A stretch of DNA of 20,331 nt, from the NCBI GenBank assembly GCA_020431995.1, contig JAGQHE010000097.1, forward strand, positions 1 through 20,331, written 5' to 3'. Source of the stretch: Nitrosopumilus sp. (GTDB taxonomy: Archaea; Thermoproteota; Nitrososphaeria; Nitrososphaerales; Nitrosopumilaceae). The notes under the pieces are model-generated. The model did not search any database, was not told where the DNA came from, and saw nothing but the letters and a program-made list of their open reading frames with translations. The position numbers and the translations under genes were made by a program. This document shows, piece after piece, positions 1-8,524 of the stretch (its first letter is position 1; every line of letters begins with the position of its first letter).

Positions 1-258
1 CCTTCATCATCAGGTTTGTCATCAGATGCAATTACACAGATACCATTTTCCAACACAGTTCCTGGTCCGCAAATCGTATTGGGCTTGTGGTCGGCAATTG
101 GAGATGTGTTTGGAGGGGTTTTGAATTTCGTTGGCAATACTGATTGTTTGAGACACATCTGATTCAGGATCATTTTCATGGTTTCCATGAATTACAAAAG
201 CAGTGATTCCCAAGGCAAGCAGCCCGCATACGAAAAGCAATTTTGCTCTCATATTCAC
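1..258 (-). CDS. Small secreted protein, 3'-partial (runs off the window edge), apparently frameshifted
   Basis: ORF 22..258 starts MNMRAKLLFVCGLLALGITAFVI, which looks like a signal peptide or membrane anchor. Its tail (KHISNCRPQAQYDLRTRNCVGKWYLCNCI) looks unnatural. The +1 frame from about nt 120 to nt 1 is open to the window edge and reads TPPNTSPIADHKPNTICGPGTVLENGICVIASDDKPDDE, a Pro/Thr linker plus a Cys motif. The frame switch maps to the G4T4 run at 115-122. Confidence 0.4.
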
Positions 259-515
259 CGTTGTAAATTATGTTTCAGAGTTAATAAAGAACGATTGTAA
301 ACACAGGGTCAAGGAAACGCGACAGTTATTTTCATCCAGAAATTGACGCTTCAAACATGCGAATAAAGAACACATCTAACATCAATGCCTTTCAGGATGG
401 TGGTTGATCAGCCGGTCATGCGTCATTAGAAATCAGCATGCTTTAAAATATCAAATTAAAGCAATACATTTCAAGGATGCACAAAGCCTAAATTCTTTGA
501 TGCTAAAAACTTCTG

Positions 516-1178
516 TTGTCACAGATAGACAAGGTTAGAAAACAAAGATTTCAGTTCATTCACCAACTCTGGCAAATCGCAGGAGGTGATCAAAGCAAAA
601 GAGTGCTTGTAAGGCAAGTCTCAGAGCCATTATGCCTAAACGAGGACGAAGTAAGAGTAATCATCCAATATCTCAATGGCGAGGAGCTGTTGGAGATTAC
701 AACGCATGGATTCAATGTGCCAAGCTATCTTGATGCAAGCCTGTACATCAAGCATAAGGGCGTGATGGAAGTTGAACAGGCCCTCTTAAAGCCAGAGTCC
801 CCTACGGATCATTTCCCTGCAAGCGTTGTAAATTATATCAACATAGGTACCATGACCAACTCAAATATTGCCCAAGCAAGCTCGCATGCAAGTCAGACAA
901 TCACAATAAGCCCAGACACCAAACAGGGCATTTTAGAAGCAGTCAACATGATAAAGGAGTTCCTAGACGAGCAAAAACTGCAACAGGACCAAAGAAACGA
1001 GTTAAGATCAGACGTATCCACGATTGAGAGTCAGCTAAATTCACCAAAACCAAAAATAGGCATACTGTCTGAAAGCCTTTCATCGGCAAAGAACATTTTG
1101 GAAAGCGTGTCAACCATAGCCGTGACAGTTGCACCAATAGTGACACAGATTAGCAGCGTGCTCAGCATGATAAGATGA
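516..1178 (+). CDS. Hypothetical protein with a possible winged-helix-like N-terminus and a helical, hydrophobic C-terminal tail
   Basis: 220-aa ORF with a TTG start and no competing long ORF. The N-terminal 60 aa (RFQFIHQLWQIAGGD...VRQVSEPLCLNEDEVRVIIQYLNGEELLEI) resemble a wHTH. The C-terminus is a Q/E-rich helix followed by a hydrophobic stretch (VSTIAVTVAPIVTQISSVLSMI). I recognise no family. Confidence 0.5.
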   Translation: MSQIDKVRKQRFQFIHQLWQIAGGDQSKRVLVRQVSEPLCLNEDEVRVIIQYLNGEELLEITTHGFNVPSYLDASLYIKHKGVMEVEQALLKPESPTDHFPASVVNYINIGTMTNSNIAQASSHASQTITISPDTKQGILEAVNMIKEFLDEQKLQQDQRNELRSDVSTIESQLNSPKPKIGILSESLSSAKNILESVSTIAVTVAPIVTQISSVLSMIR

Positions 1179-1460
1179 TCATTCATTTTGGGTTTTTGCC
1201 AGAGAAATTTCCGCGGCATGAGTTTGCATTATGAAGAGTGTCCCTCAAACAATTACAACGTGCAAGACAATTCAGTTGCATGAACCCATTTCTCTAGGAT
1301 CAAGAATCTGGCATGGCCAAGCAAAGATTGAGACTTGATCATGCAATCATGTGCAGTAGCTACTCTTTTGGATGCCGGATCAACACCCGTATCCGTCAAT
1401 CTCTTTAGAATCAGATATTAGAGTCAAATATGTGCGGTTATTGCGTACCACGGTGATTTG

Positions 1461-2270
1461 ATGAGAAGGATCTTTTACATTATAATTCCCACAGCTGCAT
1501 TTGCCCTAGTTTTATCAAATGCCTTATTTGGTGAGATTCTTTTTGACTCTTCTTATGATCAGGACATCAACAAGTATTCCGTATACGTCCACCTGCAGCA
1601 AGACTGGAGGAACTCGGGAAACATTCTGTTTGATGTTACAAATGTTTGGTCAGACCAAAAATCCAAATCCAACAGGACATATTCCTCTGACGAGCCGTCA
1701 GACATCACATTACTTTCCAATTACAATTCAAACCAGCTGCAGTACCAGCACGGAAAATCATTTGTAGAGCTAAAGCACGATTTCAGTAACTGCGATTCAA
1801 GCTGGAAGCCAATATCATATCGCTACATAGTTGACATCATACGCAGCAAGATTGATTTGATTCAAGGGACAAAGATGAACGATGATCCTTACGTGTCAGT
1901 ATTTCCCAACAGCATGAATTTCAACTATGACGCTAAAAAACAAACAGAATATGCAAAGCAAGGATACGTCCAATTCATTCCAATTTGCACGGATAATGAA
2001 ACCACTTCCTATGAATACTCGGTTTCAGTGAATGACAAGAGCATTGGGTTTGATGTCTACTTTGTGCCTTCAGAAGAAGAGATGACAAATTACCTGAAAG
2101 GCGATTCCTTTGGATTCTATCCCCAAGACGGATGCCATGCCCAGAACTATCACAGCTTTAGCGGAATTTGCAAAAACGTCGGAAAGGGTTCAGGCTTGCT
2201 GATAATGCTACCAGATGATCTAGAGTTGGCTTTGACAAAAGTTCGGATCAGCCTTCATGAGAAGATTTAG
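1461..2270 (+). CDS. Secreted or membrane-anchored hypothetical protein
   Basis: The track ORF 1458..2270 begins with TTG, and an ATG follows at 1461. The N-terminus MRRIFYIIIPTAAFALVLSNALFG is signal-peptide-like. The rest is Cys-containing and hydrophilic with no recognisable catalytic motif. Confidence 0.55.
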   Translation: MRRIFYIIIPTAAFALVLSNALFGEILFDSSYDQDINKYSVYVHLQQDWRNSGNILFDVTNVWSDQKSKSNRTYSSDEPSDITLLSNYNSNQLQYQHGKSFVELKHDFSNCDSSWKPISYRYIVDIIRSKIDLIQGTKMNDDPYVSVFPNSMNFNYDAKKQTEYAKQGYVQFIPICTDNETTSYEYSVSVNDKSIGFDVYFVPSEEEMTNYLKGDSFGFYPQDGCHAQNYHSFSGICKNVGKGSGLLIMLPDDLELALTKVRISLHEKI

Positions 2271-2356
2271 AACAGTCTGTTTCTGGCGGAGCACTCAGAT
2301 TCCGGAAATCTTAGGTCATGAGGGTTTTCTAACCTCAGAAAGTTTCATGGTCGAAT

Positions 2357-2920
2357 CTATGATTCGCATCCAATCCCATCTTTGTCCCCATCAAATCTGT
2401 GCGGATCAGGTGGAATGACTTTGAATTTTTTGTATGGCACGTCTTTGCAATCCAAATCCGGAGGGTATGGTGGAATGCACACGTCAGGATAAGACGGATC
2501 GCAGTCATCCGTAGTTTGTTCATTCTGGACTGGTTCTGATTTTTGCGATATACCACATCCGTACTTCTGAGCCCATAAGTCATCAGAGAATTCGCTAGAC
2601 GAGCAATATTGCGGCAAAATGCTTGCATGCCCGTTATAGAGCAATTCTGAATTCAGATTCTTGCCGTTGCAATACACTTTTCCCAAGAGCCTGCCATATT
2701 TGTCGTATCGCTGCTTGTCGTCTTGATCAATAGTGATGACGGATCCAACTGGGCAGAGCCTTTTTGTAAATTCCGTAGAATCTAAGAATCCTGCCTCATT
2801 TTTTTCAGGAGTGTTTGTCAGAGACAGCCTTATCTTGTACCCTTCGACGTAAATGGTGTCACCATCAACGATTCTTTCAACCCTTGCAAGGATGCACAGA
2901 CCATTTCCCAAACAAGGCAT
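2357..2920 (-). CDS. Staphylococcal-nuclease (SNase/thermonuclease) fold nuclease with a C-terminal Excalibur Ca-binding domain
   Basis: SNase motifs are present: RVERIVDGDTIYV, IRLSLTNTPE, DKYGRLLGKVY..NLNSELLYNGHA. The C-terminus CDPSYPDVCIPPYPPDLDCKDVPYKKFKV..PDPHRFDGDKDGIGCES carries the Excalibur DxDxDGxxCE signature. The reading frame stays open upstream of the annotated Met through a second IPSW..NNADWW..SDEDFVKGIQYL repeat, so the true N-terminus is probably the 2953..3261 segment (see finding). Confidence 0.8.
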   Translation of the reverse strand: MPCLGNGLCILARVERIVDGDTIYVEGYKIRLSLTNTPEKNEAGFLDSTEFTKRLCPVGSVITIDQDDKQRYDKYGRLLGKVYCNGKNLNSELLYNGHASILPQYCSSSEFSDDLWAQKYGCGISQKSEPVQNEQTTDDCDPSYPDVCIPPYPPDLDCKDVPYKKFKVIPPDPHRFDGDKDGIGCES

Positions 2921-2952
2921 GCCATTTTGCGATACATGGATAATTCCATTAT

Positions 2953-3261
2953 TTACAAGGTATTGGATTCCCTTGACAAAGTCTTCATCAGATAAAAGCC
3001 CATGACTCCACCAGTCGGCATTGTTTCTAAGCCATGATGGGATGTGCTCTGAAGCATCATATGTTGTGCCCGTAGGAGCATATGTAGAGTTCCCTTTTGT
3101 AGGAGGTATTGCAGTCCCTTGACAAAGTCTGTGTCAGAGATCTGAGAGGTAGACCACCATTTTGCGTTGTTTTTTACCCAGTCAGGGATTTCATGGGTCA
3201 ATCCAAACGAATTCATCGGGAAAAACAAGAGAATCACAAACAAAACAACAGCCCATTTCAT
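2953..3261 (-). CDS. Signal peptide plus first 'IPDWVKNNAKWW..SDxDFVKGLQYL' repeat; probable detached N-terminus of the SNase gene
   Basis: The ORF starts MKWAVVLFVILLFFPMNSFG (signal peptide), followed by IPDWVKNNAKWWSTSQISDTDFVKGLQYLLQKG. After about nt 3090 this frame becomes implausible (TLHMLLRAQHMMLQSTSHHGLETM). The -1 frame over the same bases reads STYAPTGTTYDASEHIPSWLRNNADWWSHGLLSDEDFVKGIQYLVNNGIIHVSQNGMPCLGNG and runs straight into ORF 2357..2920. Confidence 0.6.
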   Translation of the reverse strand: MKWAVVLFVILLFFPMNSFGLTHEIPDWVKNNAKWWSTSQISDTDFVKGLQYLLQKGTLHMLLRAQHMMLQSTSHHGLETMPTGGVMGFYLMKTLSRESNTL

Positions 3262-3458
3262 TCATAGAATACAAGCATGTTTTTTGTTATAACATTTTTC
3301 CAAGCCAATTCAGGGTCAATTCTTGACAAATTCATTGTTTTGTGTCAGAATTGTTGTTTCCATGCAGATGTATTTACCGACATGCTACAAAGTCAGACAA
3401 AACCGCAGACCTCAATTTTCTAGATCAAGCTTATTTATCACGAGAACCATACAGATAC

Positions 3459-3872
3459 ATGGCCGAGACTAATGAGTCAGAAAATATTTTTACAGAATGC
3501 AAGAAGAATACCGAGAGATTTTTCAACGAGATTGACAAGTCCTCGCCGGTTTACCATCAGATAGCAACCGACATTCAGAGAAGCTATCTTGACGCATGGA
3601 AGAACGTGATCGAATCATCCATTGCCTTGCAACAAGAATATGCTGCCAAGACAGGCCTGAATGTAAGCATGCCGGAAGAAACCATGAAAGAAATCCACAG
3701 CATAATGGAGAAAGCATCCAAGGCATACCAAAATCAAAACAAGTTTGTCTTCGATTCCACTGAGACATCAAAAAAAATATTTGACATATTCAGTGAAAAC
3801 ACCAAGATATTCAGCTCGCTGAACAAAAACATGATTGATCTGATGACATCCAGCATGAAAAAACGCGCCTGA
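3459..3872 (+). CDS. Hypothetical all-helical protein (phasin-like impression only)
   Basis: The track ORF is 3342..3872. The first ATG is at 3459 (MAETNESENIF...), and the upstream part of the ORF (SELLFPCRCIYRH) looks non-coding. The sequence is helical and K/E/S-rich with no catalytic motif. The phasin resemblance is only compositional. Confidence 0.5.
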   Translation: MAETNESENIFTECKKNTERFFNEIDKSSPVYHQIATDIQRSYLDAWKNVIESSIALQQEYAAKTGLNVSMPEETMKEIHSIMEKASKAYQNQNKFVFDSTETSKKIFDIFSENTKIFSSLNKNMIDLMTSSMKKRA

Positions 3873-4070
3873 ACTTTTAGACTCCACGTGTCATTTTTTA
3901 GATAACACGAATGGCCTTTCCATGCCCCATACAGAAACATCGGGATTGAGTTCCATGAAATTTGTTAAAAAGACTTGCTATCGCTTGTGTCCTCTTCCTT
4001 TTATCATAAAAAACATACAGAATGACAAGCATCTGCCATGCCGTGTATAACCAGACCAGTTATTCAAGGG

Positions 4071-4103
4071 GCCTGACTGCACAGAGCAATCTTGCAGTCA
4101 GGC
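4071..4103. other. Perfect 11-bp GC-rich hairpin (GCCTGACTGCA, 11-nt loop, TGCAGTCAGGC); candidate structured RNA or protein-binding element
   Basis: Read directly from the sequence: 4071-4081 is the exact reverse complement of 4093-4103. It sits in a locally GC-rich patch (4060-4140, including CCCGGG) within an ORF-poor region. Confidence 0.4.
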
Positions 4104-4250
4104 TCATCTCGTCATCCTGAGAGGACGGGTTGCCCGGGAGATCTAGCAATGCATTTTCAAAGGATTCCAATCATGTAGTTTATGAAGAAACCCTAAAAGG
4201 TCAATTTTTCAAACCTCAGTCCTTTTTGATTTTTCTTTTAGAGCGTCATC

Positions 4251-4385
4251 ATGAGCAAACAGATCACAAACAGACACATTCAAAGTAAAAACGAGGAAGA
4301 GATATCAAGAAACATTCAGTATTTTGAGGTGTATAGAAAAATGGTCAGCCAGATGGCAAAGAATTCTGAAAAAGAGTACGCCTGA
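4251..4385 (+). CDS. Possible 44-aa small protein
   Basis: An ATG at 4251 opens MSKQITNRHIQSKNEEEISRNIQYFEVYRKMVSQMAKNSEKEYA, ending at TGA 4383-4385. The stop lies inside an 8-bp hairpin (CCTGAATG 4381-4388 / CATTCAGG 4401-4408). The ORF is below the track size cut-off and has no homology support. Confidence 0.2.
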   Translation: MSKQITNRHIQSKNEEEISRNIQYFEVYRKMVSQMAKNSEKEYA

Positions 4386-5167
4386 ATGTAGAACAATGGC
4401 CATTCAGGATCGTGCAGCTTGCGTACAAGCGCATTCCGCCGTTTCCATTTAGAACCATGCTGTTTTCCCATCAGGATTTGAGACATGTTATACAATGACA
4501 GGACTTCAAGCCTGTGAAGGGAACAGCCTTCTACAGGATTCTTGAAGGATTGCAGTTTGTGCACGATTCAGGTATTTATCCATACCATGTTCCAGATCCA
4601 TATCAGACGAGACAGGAATTAAGAAGACATTCTTGTGCACTGATTGCCACTGGTTTTAGGTTTCCCCTCTGCCATCATCATTTGCCTGGCAATACTGATC
4701 TTTACAGCGTTGGAAAATAAGACATTGTGGTTAAACGTGTAGTTGATTCTTGTGTCTCAGAAATGCTTGTTTGGTTTTCTGAAATCAGTTATTTCTGATT
4801 TTTACGTATCAAACATGACAAAAACTGTTAGACAGACTGTCAGACGTATAATTCTCTACTTTTCTACATCCAAAATCCGTATGCATGCACCACTCTTCGC
4901 AAAACCTGTTATGCTTGCGTAGAGTCTACTTTGCCTCACCTTTTTCCGTAGAAGAATTGTAAAACAGGCATAGAAAAACTCACACATCATGCACAATAGG
5001 TTAGAATACTATGAATATCGCAATTTGATCTTTTTCTTGAATTGAAGTATTTTGTTTGGTAACAAACATTTCTCATTAAATTTTGTAATATTTAATAATT
5101 TATGAAAGTATTATGACAGCAAGTCATTACAAAAGTGTTTTAAACCGCAAGCAACAAACTATCATGA

Positions 5168-6187
5168 TTGCCCCCATTTACAAAACCACATGACATTGAT
5201 TTTGTTTTGGATGTCAATACCGAAGTGAATGCGATCAAGAACCTGCAGAGACAGGGAAAATACAAACTGCCAAAAGGGCACGGAAAGAAACTTCTCTGTG
5301 GCACATGGAATATCGCAAACTTTGATGCACAAAAAAGGCCAGACACTGCCATTCCACTGATTGCACAAATTATTGAGCCCTTTGATCTTATTGCCATACA
5401 GGAAATCAATGCGGACTTGACAGGGCTGAGAAAACTGATGAACTTTCTTCCAGATCATTCTGCAATCTTTACTGACATTGCAGGAAACGAGGAGAGGATG
5501 TGCTACCTCTACAAGAAAAAAAGAATCAAACTGACATCTCATGTTGGAGAGCTAGACATTCCGCCATCAAAGAGAAACGGATACAAGGTAAAGTTCAAAG
5601 ACGAGAATGGAGATCCATGCATCCAGAGGTTCTCAGGATTTGACAGAAACCCCTATGTCATAAGCTGGAACTTTAAGGGAACGGAATTTACCGCATACAA
5701 CTGCCACATCTACTTTGGAAAGAAAAAAGAGGAAGACATTATGAAGTTCCGAAGAAGAATTGTAGAGGTTTACTCTCTAGTTGAATGGATTACAAAAAAA
5801 GAGAACAAAAATGACGGAAGCCTGTATTCTTCTAACATTGTACTTTTGGGAGACATGAATGTCCCAGAAATGAAAGATGATGACCAGGTATTCAAGCAAC
5901 TAAACCGCGGAGTGTTTACAGCACTTGACTATACTGACTATCTCACGCCATACTCCAATATCAAAAATGATGCATCATATGACCAGCTAGTCATTGCAGA
6001 GCCGTTCTCAAACAAGATGAAACTGTGCGGGCACGGCATACTTGCATGGGACAATGCAGTATTTGCCAAACTTGCAAGTGACTTGGGAGTAAAGACGTCA
6101 AAGAAAGCAGTGTCCAAGTTTCAGGCATTTGCAAAGTGGGCAATATCTGATCATAGACCTTTGTGGTGTCTGATGGAATTTCAATAG
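5168..6187 (+). CDS. Endonuclease/exonuclease/phosphatase (EEP, DNase I-like) family protein
   Basis: The ordered EEP catalytic motifs are present: GTWNIANF, DLIAIQEI, LLGDMNV and ISDHRPLW near the C-terminus. There is no signal peptide. The start is uncertain: TTG at 5168, with an out-of-frame ATG at 5164. Confidence 0.8.
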   Translation: MPPFTKPHDIDFVLDVNTEVNAIKNLQRQGKYKLPKGHGKKLLCGTWNIANFDAQKRPDTAIPLIAQIIEPFDLIAIQEINADLTGLRKLMNFLPDHSAIFTDIAGNEERMCYLYKKKRIKLTSHVGELDIPPSKRNGYKVKFKDENGDPCIQRFSGFDRNPYVISWNFKGTEFTAYNCHIYFGKKKEEDIMKFRRRIVEVYSLVEWITKKENKNDGSLYSSNIVLLGDMNVPEMKDDDQVFKQLNRGVFTALDYTDYLTPYSNIKNDASYDQLVIAEPFSNKMKLCGHGILAWDNAVFAKLASDLGVKTSKKAVSKFQAFAKWAISDHRPLWCLMEFQ

Positions 6188-6297
6188 ATTGTCAGAAATG
6201 AATTGCATTTTGCCAAGCATGCTAAACGGTGCGAACAGACTTTTTGTCATGCGATAAATCTGCCGTCAAACTGGAAAACAAAAAATGGTCTCAAATT

Positions 6298-6501
6298 TTA
6301 TTGCACGGTGACTTTTTCTTCATACCAGATATAGTCAAAGCTGCTATACATCGACATCCTCCCACACTTGGGGCACTTCCACATGTTTTCAAAAAGCTCT
6401 GACTTGTCTTTAGCTTTGATGAACTCTTGTTTCGTGGCAACAGACTGTATGGGGGATTTATGAAGCGCTTTGCAGGCCTTGCATTCCACTACGGACGTCA
6501 T
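6298..6501 (-). CDS. Small zinc-ribbon protein
   Basis: The track ORF 6298..6612 has a hydrophobic, implausible N-terminus. The internal ATG at 6501 gives 67 aa: MTSVVECKACKAL...WKCPKCGRMSMY, with CxxC...CxxC spacing typical of a Zn ribbon. Confidence 0.5.
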   Translation of the reverse strand: MTSVVECKACKALHKSPIQSVATKQEFIKAKDKSELFENMWKCPKCGRMSMYSSFDYIWYEEKVTVQ

Positions 6502-6984
6502 CGATCTGACTTTTAAAAGACATACTAAAAAACGAAAATCAAAATTAGTTAACCCGCAAACTAGAAACAAAGGCAACAATTGCAACGTTTGCAGGCCAGA
6601 TACAAATTCCATTTGGAGGTGGCATGATTGGTTTTAAACAGGCATCAAGTTAGTTTTACAGATTGCTGCTCCAAGTCAGCAATGCCAAATCGATGCTATG
6701 TTTGATCAAATTTGTTCCGATCCAGCCTCTCTCGGATGCCACAACATGCAAGACGATAAACTCCCAATTTGCACACCCAATCAAATGTGCACAGGCAATC
6801 GCCAAATGAGCGCAGAAAAATGAGCGTATGTTTCATCATTCACAATCAAACTAGTATCCATTATTTCTCACCATATCACATTTCACAAAAAGAATTCTTT
6901 AACAAGTCAAACATGCACAAGTGAATAAGATTAATGGTTGCAAGTCCTAGAAAACTTGTTAAATAACAATTACTTGATTTACTT

Positions 6985-7560
6985 ATGATTTCAAAAATAC
7001 TTGCATTTGCAGGAAGCACCAGAACTGATTCTTTTAACAAAAAACTAGTCAAAGTAGCAGCAGATGGGGCAAAAGAAGCAGGTGCAGATGTAACCATAAT
7101 TGATCTTCGTGACTATCAGATGCCACTTTATGATGAGGATTTAGAAAAACGAGAGGGATTGCCTTCCAGCACAAGGAAACTAAAAGATTTGATGTCAGAT
7201 CATCATGGATTTCTAATATCATCTCCAGAATACAACAGTTCAATTTCGGGAGTTCTCAAAAACACAATTGATTGGACATCAAGGCAAGGCGATGATGAAT
7301 TACCAAGGTCTTGTTTTAAAGGCAAAGTGGCAGGAATATTGAGTGCGTCGCCTGGTGGATTGGGAGGACTGCGAGGACTGGTTCATGTTCGTGCAATTCT
7401 TGAGAATATGGGAGTAATGGTAATTCCAGATCAAGTAGCAATATCAAAAGCTAATGAGGCTTTTAATTTGGATGGGTCTATGAAAGAACAAAGACAAGAA
7501 CAGCAAGTAAAAAAAATTGGATCTAATCTTGCTCAGATATTATTGAAACTAAATAACTGA
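6985..7560 (+). CDS. NAD(P)H-dependent FMN reductase family oxidoreductase
   Basis: The flavodoxin-like pattern is present: KILAFAGSTRTDSFNKKL, then GFLISSPEYNSSISGVLKNTIDWTSR, then the GGLGG loop. This is typical of the FMN_red family (SsuE/YieF/ArsH-like). Confidence 0.85.
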   Translation: MISKILAFAGSTRTDSFNKKLVKVAADGAKEAGADVTIIDLRDYQMPLYDEDLEKREGLPSSTRKLKDLMSDHHGFLISSPEYNSSISGVLKNTIDWTSRQGDDELPRSCFKGKVAGILSASPGGLGGLRGLVHVRAILENMGVMVIPDQVAISKANEAFNLDGSMKEQRQEQQVKKIGSNLAQILLKLNN

Positions 7561-8117
7561 AATCACGCCCGTCTACATCCGTTTTCATCTCCAAAATGGT
7601 GGGACCCACGTGTGACATCCTAACGTAAGTGGCGCCAACATGTACAGAGACAGGATCATGGAACGCCTAATAGCACGTAACTGGATGCAGTACCGGCAGA
7701 AGTCTCATTTTAAAAACAGATCACATGATCTACAGACACATCAAAGAAAATCAGAGATGTCCGAGCACAAGATCAAACACCATATCAATTGCAGGATTAT
7801 ATGAGATTGTTCAGAGGGTGGTTTTATTTCACAGTCACTGGTCTTTCCAGTCACATCTTTTCCAATGTTCTGGTTATCACCGTCGTTTTAATTCTAATTT
7901 TTATTTTTTCAGCCCTAAAGGATTTCAAAAACTAATTTTTTGGCTCAATCTCCACAGTAAATGTTTGAACAGCAATCTTTCCATCGCTCATAACAAATGT
8001 GTCAGTTCCTAGTGGAAAACAAAAATTTGATTTGTGTGTACATTTGGAAGCGCATCTGCTGAAATTCCAAAAATTGCCACTAAAAAAACTGTGATTAGTT
8101 TGGCAGTACTTTTTTGT

Positions 8118-8306
8118 TCAAACATTTTTTTGTACTACCAAACATTGATCACAGATTGCGCCATAATCTTCTTCAACTAATGTAACTGGCACGTTGCTGC
8201 TAAAGCATCTGTGACACATACCACGTAGCCTTACTCGTTCAAAAGACAGGGAGGGAAAGGCATCTCTTCCCCTCCTTGAAGGTTGAATCGATGTTCTTTG
8301 ACTCAT
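8118..8306 (-). CDS. Small Cys-containing (CxxC...CxxC) protein, translationally coupled to the upstream ORF
   Basis: The internal ATG at 8306-8304 overlaps the TGA (8305-8303) of ORF 8303..8524 as ATGA. The protein contains CHRC...CDQC. Confidence 0.45.
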   Translation of the reverse strand: MSQRTSIQPSRRGRDAFPSLSFERVRLRGMCHRCFSSNVPVTLVEEDYGAICDQCLVVQKNV

Positions 8307-8524
8307 GCCAGCGCCGCTATTGCGTGACAAAGTGTCTCACCGCACATGCAATCACTGTGAAATTTGGCTTCGGTTGTAGCAGCACATTCTGAACAGATCA
8401 TCTGCACAGATTGGCGGCATTGCGGACATTTCTCACATGTTTGCAGGTCTCCTCCACACCGTCTGCACAAAGTGTCTGGCATTTTGTATCGCCTCATGGA
8501 AAGTTGCGTCTTCCGATTCTCCAT
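8303..8524 (-). CDS. Cys-rich multi-zinc-ribbon protein
   Basis: The 73-aa ORF reads CRRCGGDLQTCEKCPQCRQSVQMICSECAA...CMCGETLC, with four closely spaced Cys pairs. It lies on the same strand as hsp20 and downstream of it (108-nt gap, 8525-8632). Confidence 0.5.
   Translation of the reverse strand: MENRKTQLSMRRYKMPDTLCRRCGGDLQTCEKCPQCRQSVQMICSECAATTEAKFHSDCMCGETLCHAIAALA

Noticed and set aside
3342-3458. N-terminal extension of ORF 3342..3872 from a non-ATG start
   Set aside because: The extension (SELLFPCRCIYRHATKSDKTADLNFLDQAYLSREPYRY) lacks a canonical start and looks non-coding. The ATG at 3459 is preferred.
4316-4720. ORFs 4316..4564 (-) and 4514..4720 (+) in the gene-poor stretch
   Set aside because: The two overlap each other, have no recognisable motifs and show atypical composition. 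I treated them as non-coding or decayed sequence, which is covered in a finding.
7725-8012. 95-aa + strand ORF in the 7561-8117 gap
   Set aside because: It has low-complexity, S/F/H-rich composition, no motif and no plausible promoter spacing. The region more likely holds small or decayed genes.
7940-8125. 37-aa minus-strand ORF with a signal-like N-terminus (MFEQKSTAKLITVFLVAIFGISA...), followed out of frame by GTDTFVMSDGKIAVQTFTVEIEPKN
   Set aside because: It is too short and split across frames. It could be another frameshifted small secreted gene, but there is no independent support.
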